Positions 56,815 through 64,000 of a DNA stretch of 64,000 nt are shown piece after piece. This stretch comes from Bacillales bacterium. Lineage in GTDB: Bacteria; Bacillota_I; Bacilli_A; RF39; UBA660. The notes under the pieces are model-generated. The model was not told where the DNA came from, did no database searches, and saw only the letters and a list, made by a program, of their open reading frames with translations. A program made the translations under genes and the position numbers. Where the stretch lies: positions 1,183 to 65,182 of the forward strand of contig JAEEJY010000020.1 in NCBI GenBank assembly GCA_016282155.1, given 5' to 3'. Within the stretch, counting starts at the first letter, position 1. Every line of letters starts with the position of its first letter.

Positions 56815-57438
56815 ATGTTTTTTGCTAAATTTAATAAATCATGTTTAATAACTTATTTAGGAGTAATGTTTGGTGTCCTTGCAATGTATTTTGCATTTAC
56901 AAAGATGGCATTTTCTGATATTGAATATGTAAGATTTTCTCTTGCTTGTTTAGTAGTAGCAGGAGTATGTGATATGTTTGATGGAAAATTTGCAAGAGCC
57001 TGTAAAAGAACTGAAGAGGAAAAAGAATTTGGTATTCAATTAGATTCACTAGCTGATACATTCTGTTTCTTAGCTGTTCCTGTAGTATTTATGATGTCAT
57101 TAGGAATGTTAGCTTGGTGGGATGTTTTAGCATATGTATTATTAGTACTATGTGGTGTATCGCGTTTAGGATACTTTAATATTAAAGCTGACTTAGATAA
57201 GGCTGTTAAAACATATAAAGGTTTACCAGTAACATCAACAGCAATTATTTATCCATTACTAGGATTATTACATACAGTAGTATCTCCTTGTGTATTTAAT
57301 TTAATATATTTAGGAACTACGTTCTTAGTAGCATTCTTAATGGTTGTTAATATTAAAATTCCTAAATTAACAGGTGTTTGGTATAAGATTATTCCAGTTT
57401 TAGCTGCTATTTTAGTAGGATTATTATTAATATTCTAG
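56815..57438 (+). CDS. pssA: CDP-alcohol phosphatidyltransferase (phosphatidylserine synthase-like)
   Basis: DGKFAR...G...D...D motif (DMFDGKFARACKRTEEEKEFGIQLDSLAD). Polytopic. ATG at 56815 follows SD GAGGAGGA. Sits in an operon with psd. Confidence 0.8.
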   Translation: MFFAKFNKSCLITYLGVMFGVLAMYFAFTKMAFSDIEYVRFSLACLVVAGVCDMFDGKFARACKRTEEEKEFGIQLDSLADTFCFLAVPVVFMMSLGMLAWWDVLAYVLLVLCGVSRLGYFNIKADLDKAVKTYKGLPVTSTAIIYPLLGLLHTVVSPCVFNLIYLGTTFLVAFLMVVNIKIPKLTGVWYKIIPVLAAILVGLLLIF

Positions 57439-57447
57439 GAGGCATTT

Positions 57448-59058
57448 ATGAAAATGAAGAAATTTTTTAAGATATTTTTTCGTGTATTACATATATTATT
57501 CATAATAGCTTTAATAACAGCTTTAGTTGTATCAATTTATATTAAAATAGATTTTGCTCATGAAACATTAGATGAATTTATTTTCTATTTACGTAATGGA
57601 GTAAAAGATGCAGATAGTTCTTATATAACTGATGCTCTTAAAAAATGTTGGTTACCTATAGTGTTATTATCTATTTTGGTAATAGGTTTCTTCTATAATT
57701 TACTTATTACAAGAGAAATAGGACTTGTAAGTAACAAACCAATTCCAAAGAAAAAATTAGAAAAAGTAAGTAAAGAAAAAATAGTAAAAAGAGGAAGAGA
57801 AAGCTTCCGTGTAAGACAAATCTATCCTTTTGGATTTATAAATAGACATCGTATTATTTTTACAGTTTTATTAACAGGAGTTCTTGTAACTGTATCTTTA
57901 TATAATGTCAGAGTATTTGGTTATATTGAAAATCGTATGACAAAATCCGATTTCATTGAAAATAACTATGTAGTTTCTAAAGAACGTAATACTATTTTCC
58001 CAGAGAAAAAGAGAAATTTAATTATTCTTGCGGTAGAATCACTTGAAACAACATTCTTTACAAAAGAACAAGGTGGAGCTTGGAGTTATGAAGTAATGCC
58101 TGAGCTATATAACATTCTTGAACAAAAAGATACTATTTTCTTCTCATCAAATGATAAGATGGGTGGAATACTTGATGCGTATGGATCTACATGGACAACA
58201 GCATCTTTAGTTGCTAATACGACAGGTCTACCATTTAAAGTTCCTATTAACGGAAATGATTATCATTCAGATAATTTTATGAATGGAGCTTATGCTTTAG
58301 GGGATATATTAAAAGACCAAGGATACTATACTGAACTTATCAGTGCGGCTACTACTAGTTTTGGTGGCTTAAAAGAATACTTCACAAAACATGGTAAGTA
58401 TACAATTATTGATAAAGATTCATTAGAAGAATTTGGTTATAAATATACTAAAGATGATTATAATCCTTGGGGATTTAATGATAATTTATTATTTAAAATT
58501 GCTAAAGATAGACTTACAAAAGTAAGTAAAGAAGGTAAACCATTTAATGAAACTATCGTAACTATCGATACACATCAAAGAAATGGTTATATCGGTAATT
58601 ATTCTGTAAATATGTTTGATACACAATATGAAAACGTATATGCGACTACATCAAAATTAATTGGTGAATTTATATCTTGGGTTAAAAAACAAGATTTCTA
58701 CAAAGATACAACTATTGTTATCTTTGGTGACCATTTATCTATGCAAGCAGATTACTTCAAAAATTATGATCGTAATTTAAGAAATAGATATAATGCAATT
58801 ATTAATTCTGTTGTTAAAACAACTAATACAAAGAATAGAAAAGTAACTGCATTTGATATGTATCCAACAATGCTAGCAAGTATTGGTGTTAAATTTGCTG
58901 ATGATAGATTAGGTTTAGGTGTAAACTTATTTAGTGATAAGAAAACTCTAGCGGAAGAATATGGCTTAGATGAAATGAATAAAGAACTTGAAAAGAATTC
59001 AGAATTTTATAATAAGAAAATTCTTGGTAGTGACTATCAAAAGATGGTGGAAGAATAA
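57448..59058 (+). CDS. LtaS-like / sulfatase-fold membrane protein (alkaline-phosphatase superfamily)
   Basis: N-terminal TM helices followed by an LtaS-type domain (ILAVESLETTFF, TTASLVANTTGLP, FGDHLS). 536 aa. Confidence 0.7.
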   Translation: MKMKKFFKIFFRVLHILFIIALITALVVSIYIKIDFAHETLDEFIFYLRNGVKDADSSYITDALKKCWLPIVLLSILVIGFFYNLLITREIGLVSNKPIPKKKLEKVSKEKIVKRGRESFRVRQIYPFGFINRHRIIFTVLLTGVLVTVSLYNVRVFGYIENRMTKSDFIENNYVVSKERNTIFPEKKRNLIILAVESLETTFFTKEQGGAWSYEVMPELYNILEQKDTIFFSSNDKMGGILDAYGSTWTTASLVANTTGLPFKVPINGNDYHSDNFMNGAYALGDILKDQGYYTELISAATTSFGGLKEYFTKHGKYTIIDKDSLEEFGYKYTKDDYNPWGFNDNLLFKIAKDRLTKVSKEGKPFNETIVTIDTHQRNGYIGNYSVNMFDTQYENVYATTSKLIGEFISWVKKQDFYKDTTIVIFGDHLSMQADYFKNYDRNLRNRYNAIINSVVKTTNTKNRKVTAFDMYPTMLASIGVKFADDRLGLGVNLFSDKKTLAEEYGLDEMNKELEKNSEFYNKKILGSDYQKMVEE

Positions 59059-59888
59059 TGAAGTTCTATAATTTAAAAACTAAAGAAATGTATGAAGAGA
59101 AAGATAATGTTATGTTATCTTTCCTTTATCATAATTTGATAGGTCGAGTTATTCTAAAAATTTTAACTACTAAGACAGTAGCGAATATCGCTCGTTTATA
59201 TGAAAATTCATTCTTATCGAAGGGTAAGATAAATAGTTTTATTAAAAAGAATAATATTGATATGACTGAGTATGAAGAAACAAGTTATAAATCTTTTAAT
59301 GATTTCTTTATGCGTCGTATTAAAAAAGATAAACGTAAATTAGAAAAAGGACTTATAAGTCCTTGTGATGCTAAATTATCAGTATATAGAATAGATGATA
59401 ACTTAAAAATGGAAATAAAAAATTCTATCTATACTGTCGAAGAATTAATTAAAGGCGATGCTTCTAAGTTTAAAGGAGGATATGCTTTTATATATCGTTT
59501 AGCAGTAGATGATTATCATCACTATATTTATCCGTTTACCGGTGAAGTAGTTGATTCTAAAACTATTAGAGGGGTTCTACATACTGTACAACCTATAGCT
59601 CTAAAAAAATATAAAGTTTTTAGCGAAAATACACGTGTTGTTACGAATGTAAAAACTAAAGAGTATGGAGAAGTAGCAATCATCGAAGTAGGGGCTATGA
59701 TAATAGGTAAGATAGTTAATGAAGATGTAACTAAATTTAAAAGAGGTGACGAAAAAGGTCACTTTGAATTTGGGGGATCAACTATAATTTATTTATTTAA
59801 GAATAATGTAAAAGTAAATAAAAAAATAATTGAAAATAGTTTAAATGATATAGAAACAATTGTAAAAATGGGAAACAGTTTGGAATAG
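59058..59888 (+). CDS. psd: phosphatidylserine decarboxylase proenzyme
   Basis: FEFGGSTII (G-S-T self-cleavage site) near the C-terminus. Psd-like length. TAATG overlap upstream. Confidence 0.85.
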   Translation: MKFYNLKTKEMYEEKDNVMLSFLYHNLIGRVILKILTTKTVANIARLYENSFLSKGKINSFIKKNNIDMTEYEETSYKSFNDFFMRRIKKDKRKLEKGLISPCDAKLSVYRIDDNLKMEIKNSIYTVEELIKGDASKFKGGYAFIYRLAVDDYHHYIYPFTGEVVDSKTIRGVLHTVQPIALKKYKVFSENTRVVTNVKTKEYGEVAIIEVGAMIIGKIVNEDVTKFKRGDEKGHFEFGGSTIIYLFKNNVKVNKKIIENSLNDIETIVKMGNSLE

Positions 59889-59897
59889 AGGGATAGC

Positions 59898-60905
59898 ATG
59901 AAAAAGAAGAAAATGGTATTATCATGTATATTTTTTATATTACTAATAGCTTTAACACTATATGTAATATTTTCAAATTATGATATAAATACAATTTATA
60001 GTAATATGCTTCTTGTTAAACCAATTTATTTAGTTGGATGTTTATTACTAGTATGTTTATATTTTATTTTTCAAGGTATCTACATGAAGTATATCTTACA
60101 TGCTTTAGATGTTGAAACAACTTTAAAAAAATGTACATTTTATTCAGTAATTGAATTCTTCTTTAGTGCCATCACACCTTCGTCTACTGGAGGTCAACCT
60201 GTTCAAATGTATTATATGAGTAAAGATAAAATACCAATGCGTAAATCTTTAATCGTATTAATATTAAATACTATTATATTTAAATTATATTTAATAGTAG
60301 GAGGAGTATTAATATTAATATTCCGCCCAGATTACATATTTGAAAGTCGCTTATTAATTCAAATATTCTTCTATTTAGGAATATTAATTGATGCTTTAGT
60401 AATTTTAGGATGCTACATGCTAATGTATCATAAGAAAATTATCAAACAAGCAGCGACTATCTTCTATAAATTAAAAAAATTAATTTTAAAGAAAGATTAT
60501 GATTCTAATAGATTAGATGAATTATTAAGTAAGTATGTTAATGAAGCTAAGTTTATTAATTCTCATGTTAAAGAAATAGTAATCTCAGTTATCTTAACAT
60601 TTATTCAAAGAACATTAATGTTCTCAATATTATATATGCTATATCGTAGTTTTGGATTTAAAGAATATACATATTTAGAAATATTACTTCTTCAAATATT
60701 TGTTCAAATATCAATTGAAGGTTTAATTCTTCCTGGAGGAGTAGGAGCGAGTGAATATGTATCTACACATATGTATAATGTTATTTTTGGATCATTAAGT
60801 ATCTCAGGAATGATCTTAACTCGTACATTATCATTCTATATCCCATTACTTGTTATAATGTTTATAATAGGTATAGTAACAAAAATAAAGTATATGAAAG
60901 ATTAA
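59898..60905 (+). CDS. UPF0104 / MprF-N-terminal-like (flippase-like) integral membrane protein
   Basis: Eight or so TM helices with a conserved TPSSTGGQPVQ loop, typical of the lysyl-PG synthase transmembrane-region family. Confidence 0.65.
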   Translation: MKKKKMVLSCIFFILLIALTLYVIFSNYDINTIYSNMLLVKPIYLVGCLLLVCLYFIFQGIYMKYILHALDVETTLKKCTFYSVIEFFFSAITPSSTGGQPVQMYYMSKDKIPMRKSLIVLILNTIIFKLYLIVGGVLILIFRPDYIFESRLLIQIFFYLGILIDALVILGCYMLMYHKKIIKQAATIFYKLKKLILKKDYDSNRLDELLSKYVNEAKFINSHVKEIVISVILTFIQRTLMFSILYMLYRSFGFKEYTYLEILLLQIFVQISIEGLILPGGVGASEYVSTHMYNVIFGSLSISGMILTRTLSFYIPLLVIMFIIGIVTKIKYMKD

Positions 60906-60933
60906 AAAAGAAGCAATAATTGCTTCTTTTTTT
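60904..60933 (+). terminator. rho-independent terminator of the phospholipid operon
   Basis: Stem aaaaagaagca / tgcttcttttt, then a T-run. Confidence 0.75.
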
Positions 60934-61010
60934 GTACAAATTTATAAGTTTCGCAAATAAAAAGGAAATCGAGAAAAAATCCAGTATGTTATATATGAAG
61001 GAGGTGAATA

Positions 61011-61778
61011 ATGGAAGCAGAAAACATAACCGGTGAATTAAATGAAGATCTATTTGTTCAAGAACTAAGATACAAGAAATTTAAAAATATAAGATATAGT
61101 TTACAATTATTTTTAAAAGACTTATATGGTGACATTGATGAATATGATTTAGTTATGTGTTGGAAGAATGATATGAAACAGAAATATGACATTCTAATAA
61201 AAATAGGTGACATAACAAAAAGAATAAGTATCAAAAAAGGAAGCAAGAATTCTGTTCATTCTGAGCCAATTAGTGAGTTTACTCATTTTTTAATTGAAAA
61301 TGGTTTACCTAAAGAACAAGTTATAGAATTTTTAAAATATCATTATGCTGATGGAACAACAAATGGTACAGGAGAAACTCGTATTTCTTGTGAAGAATAT
61401 AAAAAGAGCCATAAGGATGAAATGGATAAGATAAATTATTTTTTCAATACTGACGATTTATTAAAGAAAGCAGTAGACAGATTTATAGTCTATGGAAGAA
61501 ATCCTAAATATCCAATTGATGCTATATTATATGGAATACCAAATGACTTCATATGGATAAAAAGAGAATCCATATATAAAGTGGTACTTGATAAAAAGAA
61601 TTCAAATGTAGATTCTATTCATTTTGGCCCGCTGGTGTATCAAACAATGGATAAAAATCTTAACTATAATGAGAAATATGAATCAAAAAGATTTATATGC
61701 CAAATAAAATGGTTTAGCTTATTCGATGACATCATAGAGATAACTGACAAATCTATGTATGACTTAATAAGTGCCTAA
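61011..61778 (+). CDS. hypothetical protein, candidate PD-(D/E)XK nuclease of the MspI/HpaII/HinP1I type
   Basis: The segment KYDILIKIGDITKRISIKKGSKNSVHSE fits the D-x(12-18)-(S/Q/N)-x-K arrangement of that fold. SD GAAGGAGGTG upstream. No methyltransferase gene is adjacent. Confidence 0.35.
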   Translation: MEAENITGELNEDLFVQELRYKKFKNIRYSLQLFLKDLYGDIDEYDLVMCWKNDMKQKYDILIKIGDITKRISIKKGSKNSVHSEPISEFTHFLIENGLPKEQVIEFLKYHYADGTTNGTGETRISCEEYKKSHKDEMDKINYFFNTDDLLKKAVDRFIVYGRNPKYPIDAILYGIPNDFIWIKRESIYKVVLDKKNSNVDSIHFGPLVYQTMDKNLNYNEKYESKRFICQIKWFSLFDDIIEITDKSMYDLISA

Positions 61779-61812
61779 TGCGGGAAGTTGATGGTAATAA
61801 TATTAATTAACA

Positions 61813-61844
61813 AAAAAGAAATAGTTAGTACTATTTCTTTTTTT
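61813..61844 (+). terminator. rho-independent terminator
   Basis: Stem aagaaatagt / actatttctt, 4-nt loop, then T7. Confidence 0.75.
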
Positions 61845-61897
61845 GAACTCCAGCCTGATAATAATAACTGATAACGTGGATTCACCAGCACACGCCC
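61845..61897 (+). repeat. tRNA-Gly(UCC)-derived fragment, inverted relative to the intact gene
   Basis: gaactccagcc (61845-61855) and ctgataacgtgg (61868-61879) are identical to the sense sequence of the neighbouring tRNA. They match its D-stem 3' side with the anticodon-stem 5' arm, and its anticodon-stem 3' arm with the variable region. The anticodon loop is replaced by tgataataataa, and the 3' part is degenerate. Confidence 0.8.
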
Positions 61898-61904
61898 AGA
61901 TGAG

Positions 61905-61931
61905 CATAAAAAAACTAGTCGTTAGACTAGT
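61905..61931 (-). terminator. rho-independent terminator of tRNA-Gly(UCC)
   Basis: 7-bp stem actagtc / gactagt, followed on the minus strand by T6-7. It is nested inside an outer 9-bp stem atgagcata / tatgctcat. Confidence 0.75.
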
Positions 61932-61941
61932 TATGCTCATA

Positions 61942-62015
61942 TGGAGCGGGTGATGGGAATCGGACCCACGTTATCAGCTTGGAAGGCTGGAGTTCTACCA
62001 TTGAACTACACCCGC
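61942..62015 (-). tRNA. tRNA-Gly (UCC) with a non-canonical T-loop
   Basis: Manual cloverleaf of the reverse complement. Perfect acceptor gcgggtg/cacccgc. D-arm gttc-aatggta-gaac. Anticodon loop ctTCCaa. T-arm gtggg-tccgatt-cccat. U73 and an encoded CCA. It has C at position 55 and a C27-A43 mismatch. Confidence 0.85.
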
Positions 62016-62033
62016 ATTTGGTAGGCACTTTTA

Positions 62034-62061
62034 ATTATACTATAAATAGAATATATGTCAA
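62034..62061 (-). promoter_or_regulatory. consensus promoter of tRNA-Gly(UCC), TTGACA-16-TATAAT on the minus strand
   Basis: The reverse complement of 62056-62061 is TTGACA and of 62034-62039 is TATAAT. The tRNA 5' end at 62015 lies 19 nt downstream of the -10. Confidence 0.7.
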
Positions 62062-62136
62062 CACTTTTTTTGCATTTTTTATAATTTGCTTAAATCAACG
62101 TTTTGTGCTAATATATATGGCGATAGAGGGGATAAT

Positions 62137-62562
62137 ATGGATAAAGATTTAAAAAGAGAAATAATCTTAGAAAATTATCAGAATCCTAAAAATAAAGGAC
62201 TAGTCGATGACAAAAGTTATCATGAAATAAATATGGACAGTGAATCATGTATTGATAATATTACTGTTCAATTAAAAATAGAAGATGGTAAAATTGTAGA
62301 TGCTCATTTTGATGGTGAGGCATGTGCAATATGTACAAGTTCTGCTTCAATAATGTTAGAAACATTAATTGGCAAAGATATTAAAGAAGTAGAAAAAATA
62401 ATTGAGTCATTTGAAAATATGATTGATGAAAAAGATTATGATAGTGAAATATTAGAGCTTGCTTTAGTATATGATGATATATCAAAACAAGCTAATAGAA
62501 AAAAGTGTGCATTACTTCCATGGTGGGGAGTAAAGAAGTTATTATCTAAGGGGGATTTATGA
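62137..62562 (+). CDS. sufU: SufU/IscU-type Fe-S cluster assembly sulfurtransferase/scaffold
   Basis: YQNPKNKG N-terminus. Conserved Cys in SESCID, GEACAIC and KKCALLPW. ATG at 62137 follows SD AGAGGGGA. Confidence 0.85.
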   Translation: MDKDLKREIILENYQNPKNKGLVDDKSYHEINMDSESCIDNITVQLKIEDGKIVDAHFDGEACAICTSSASIMLETLIGKDIKEVEKIIESFENMIDEKDYDSEILELALVYDDISKQANRKKCALLPWWGVKKLLSKGDL

Positions 62563-62882
62563 AAATATACGAAGCACGTTTAGGAAAATTCAAAAGTATA
62601 GATAAAGATGGTTATTCAGCTCATTTTATTTACGATAATGAATTTAAAACAATTCATGCCATTAAAGTAGGAAATCGTATGATTGATATTGATAATTATA
62701 TGAGATACGAAATAATAGAAAGAGACGAAAAAAATCGTTTAACTGGTGATGTTAATGATTATTGTACAGATACTTTCTATGTAATGGGATATAATGAAGT
62801 AGTACCAACTTTTAAAATGTTTATAAATGCTGCAAAGGCAAATACTAAACTAAAACCTTTTGAAAAAACTTTAAAAAGATAG
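62559..62882 (+). CDS. hypothetical small protein embedded between sufU and sufB
   Basis: 107-aa ORF with an ATGA overlap onto the sufU stop, followed by its own terminator. No motif recognised. Confidence 0.5.
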   Translation: MKIYEARLGKFKSIDKDGYSAHFIYDNEFKTIHAIKVGNRMIDIDNYMRYEIIERDEKNRLTGDVNDYCTDTFYVMGYNEVVPTFKMFINAAKANTKLKPFEKTLKR

Positions 62883-62901
62883 AAATTTTCTATCTTTTTT
62901 T
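62875..62901 (+). terminator. rho-independent terminator feeding into the -10 TGTATAAT (62901-62908)
   Basis: 8-bp stem aaagatag / ctatcttt, then a T-run. Confidence 0.65.
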
Positions 62902-62925
62902 GTATAATATTATGTGGTGATATTT

Positions 62926-64000
62926 ATGGGCTTAACAAAAGATAAATTAGATCAAAATAAGATAATAGAAATATCTAAAATTAAGAAAGAACCAAAATGG
63001 ATGCTTGATTTTAGATTAAAAGCTTTAGATAAATTTAAAGAACTTTCTAATCCTATTTTTGGACCAGAACTTAAGATAGATTTTAATATAATTAATTATT
63101 ACAAAAAGGTAACCGATAAGATAGCCCATAATTGGAATGATGTTGATACTGATATAAAAAATACATTTGATAAAATTGGTTTACCAGATGCTGAAAGAAA
63201 ATATTTGGATGGAATACATGCTCAATATGAATCAGAAGCTGTATACCATAATATGATTAAAGAACTAGAAGAAAAGAATGTAATTTTCTGTGATACAGAT
63301 ACAGCATTAAAAAAGTATCCAAAATTATTTAAAGAATATTTTAATAATTTAGTTAAATATAATGAAAATAAATATACAGCTTTAAATGGTGCTGTATGGA
63401 GTGGTGGAACATTTATTTATGTACCTAAAAATACTAAACTAGATCGTCCACTGCAAAGCTATTTTAGAATAAATAGTAAAAATATGGGACAATTTGAAAG
63501 AACAATTATCATTGTTGATGAAGGATCAGAACTACATTATATGGAAGGATGTACTGCTCCTACATATTCAAGTGATTCATTACATGCAGCCGTTGTTGAA
63601 ATATATGTTAAAAAGAATGCAAAATGTCGTTATACAACTATTCAAAACTGGAGTAGTGATGTTTATAACTTAGTAACTAAAAGAGCCATTGTAGAAGAAA
63701 ATGGTCTTATGGAATGGATAGATGGAAATATTGGAAGTAAAGCTAATATGAAATATCCAAGTTGTATATTAGTAGGACCTCACGCTAAAGGAAATACCAT
63801 TTCTATAGCTGTAGCAAGTAAAGGACAATTCCAAGATACAGGAGCAAGAATGATTCATTTAGCACCATATACAGAAAGTAGTATTATTAGTAAAAGTATA
63901 GCTGCAAATGGTGGTACTGCCAATTATCGTGGAACAGTTCATATAACTCCAAAAGCAGTTAATTCCCATTCTTATGTAAAATGTGATACAATAATTGTAG
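62926..64000 (+). CDS. sufB: Fe-S cluster assembly protein SufB, 3'-truncated by the window edge
   Basis: Frame 1 is open from the ATG at 62926 to the window end; it is absent from the track because there is no stop. The translation (…[12 protein letters not shown]…[13 protein letters not shown]…[23 protein letters not shown]…) is a typical SufB. Confidence 0.9.
   Translation, partial: MGLTKDKLDQNKIIEISKIKKEPKWMLDFRLKALDKFKELSNPIFGPELKIDFNIINYYKKVTDKIAHNWNDVDTDIKNTFDKIGLPDAERKYLDGIHAQYESEAVYHNMIKELEEKNVIFCDTDTALKKYPKLFKEYFNNLVKYNENKYTALNGAVWSGGTFIYVPKNTKLDRPLQSYFRINSKNMGQFERTIIIVDEGSELHYMEGCTAPTYSSDSLHAAVVEIYVKKNAKCRYTTIQNWSSDVYNLVTKRAIVEENGLMEWIDGNIGSKANMKYPSCILVGPHAKGNTISIAVASKGQFQDTGARMIHLAPYTESSIISKSIAANGGTANYRGTVHITPKAVNSHSYVKCDTIIV

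Noticed and set aside
398-61246. Antisense or alternative-frame ORFs in the supplied track. Examples: 398-613, 1242-1463, 1545-1886, 1969-2154, 3559-3795, 5147-5449, 5556-5870, 6455-6688, 9528-9743, 15906-16142, 16628-16810, 18848-19198, 21181-21487, 30387-30698, 33077-33259, 33947-34153, 36639-36866, 40283-40465, 42276-42464, 44662-44844, 47292-47510, 50257-50613, 53343-53537, 61058-61246.
   Set aside because: All lie inside or opposite well-supported genes. They have no SD or promoter and give low-complexity I/L/F/S/Y-rich translations typical of shadow frames in AT-rich DNA.
1-64000. Possibility of genetic code 4 (TGA = Trp), given the extreme AT richness and Mollicutes-like feel.
   Set aside because: Conserved full-length proteins (LeuRS, LepA, Tex, Xfp) are obtained with the standard code. 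Trp is encoded by TGG. TGA terminates genes at the ATGA overlaps at 36286, 37371, 52269 and 62559.

Overview
64-kb stretch of a very AT-rich, low-GC Bacillota-type chromosome. It uses the standard bacterial code: TGA acts as a stop in several ATGA stop/start overlaps, and Trp is TGG. I call about 66 protein genes, almost all on the + strand, plus 3 tRNA genes and one T-box leader. There are many rho-independent terminators whose T-tract runs straight into an extended -10 (TGnTATAAT). Most of the window is housekeeping: pepF, dnaJ, trmB, pyk, leuS, rnhB, lepA, hemW, yqeG, yqeH, ltaS, dinB, tex, xfp, pssA, psd, sufU and sufB. I saw no transposase, integrase, CRISPR array, rRNA or recognisable named defence system. 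Non-core material sits in small patches. (1) 16.9-18.3 kb: a GTG-started Zn-ribbon protein flanked by a 40-nt direct repeat of a terminator/-10 module. (2) 28.8-30.7 kb: a solitary HerA/DUF87-type ATPase. (3) 33.0-35.3 kb: strand-switched hypothetical genes just 3' of a tRNA-Cys/tRNA-Gly pair. (4) 35.4-41.3 kb: the most unusual locus. It is a soluble five-gene operon alternating histidine-phosphatase modules with three glycosyltransferases and an acetyltransferase. It sits behind a 19-codon leader ORF whose stop codon lies inside a terminator hairpin. (5) 42.5-44.6 kb: small membrane-anchored hypotheticals. (6) 61.0-62.0 kb: an orphan MspI/HpaII-like nuclease candidate next to a tRNA-Gly(UCC) that has a non-canonical T-loop and an inverted tRNA-derived fragment. 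Other notable points are three scattered stand-alone prepilin-type genes, two paralogous HExxH proteins, a degenerate GGDEF (NGNEF) membrane protein and an LtaS-like enzyme embedded in the pssA-psd operon. All functional calls come from motif recognition by eye. No database search was run.
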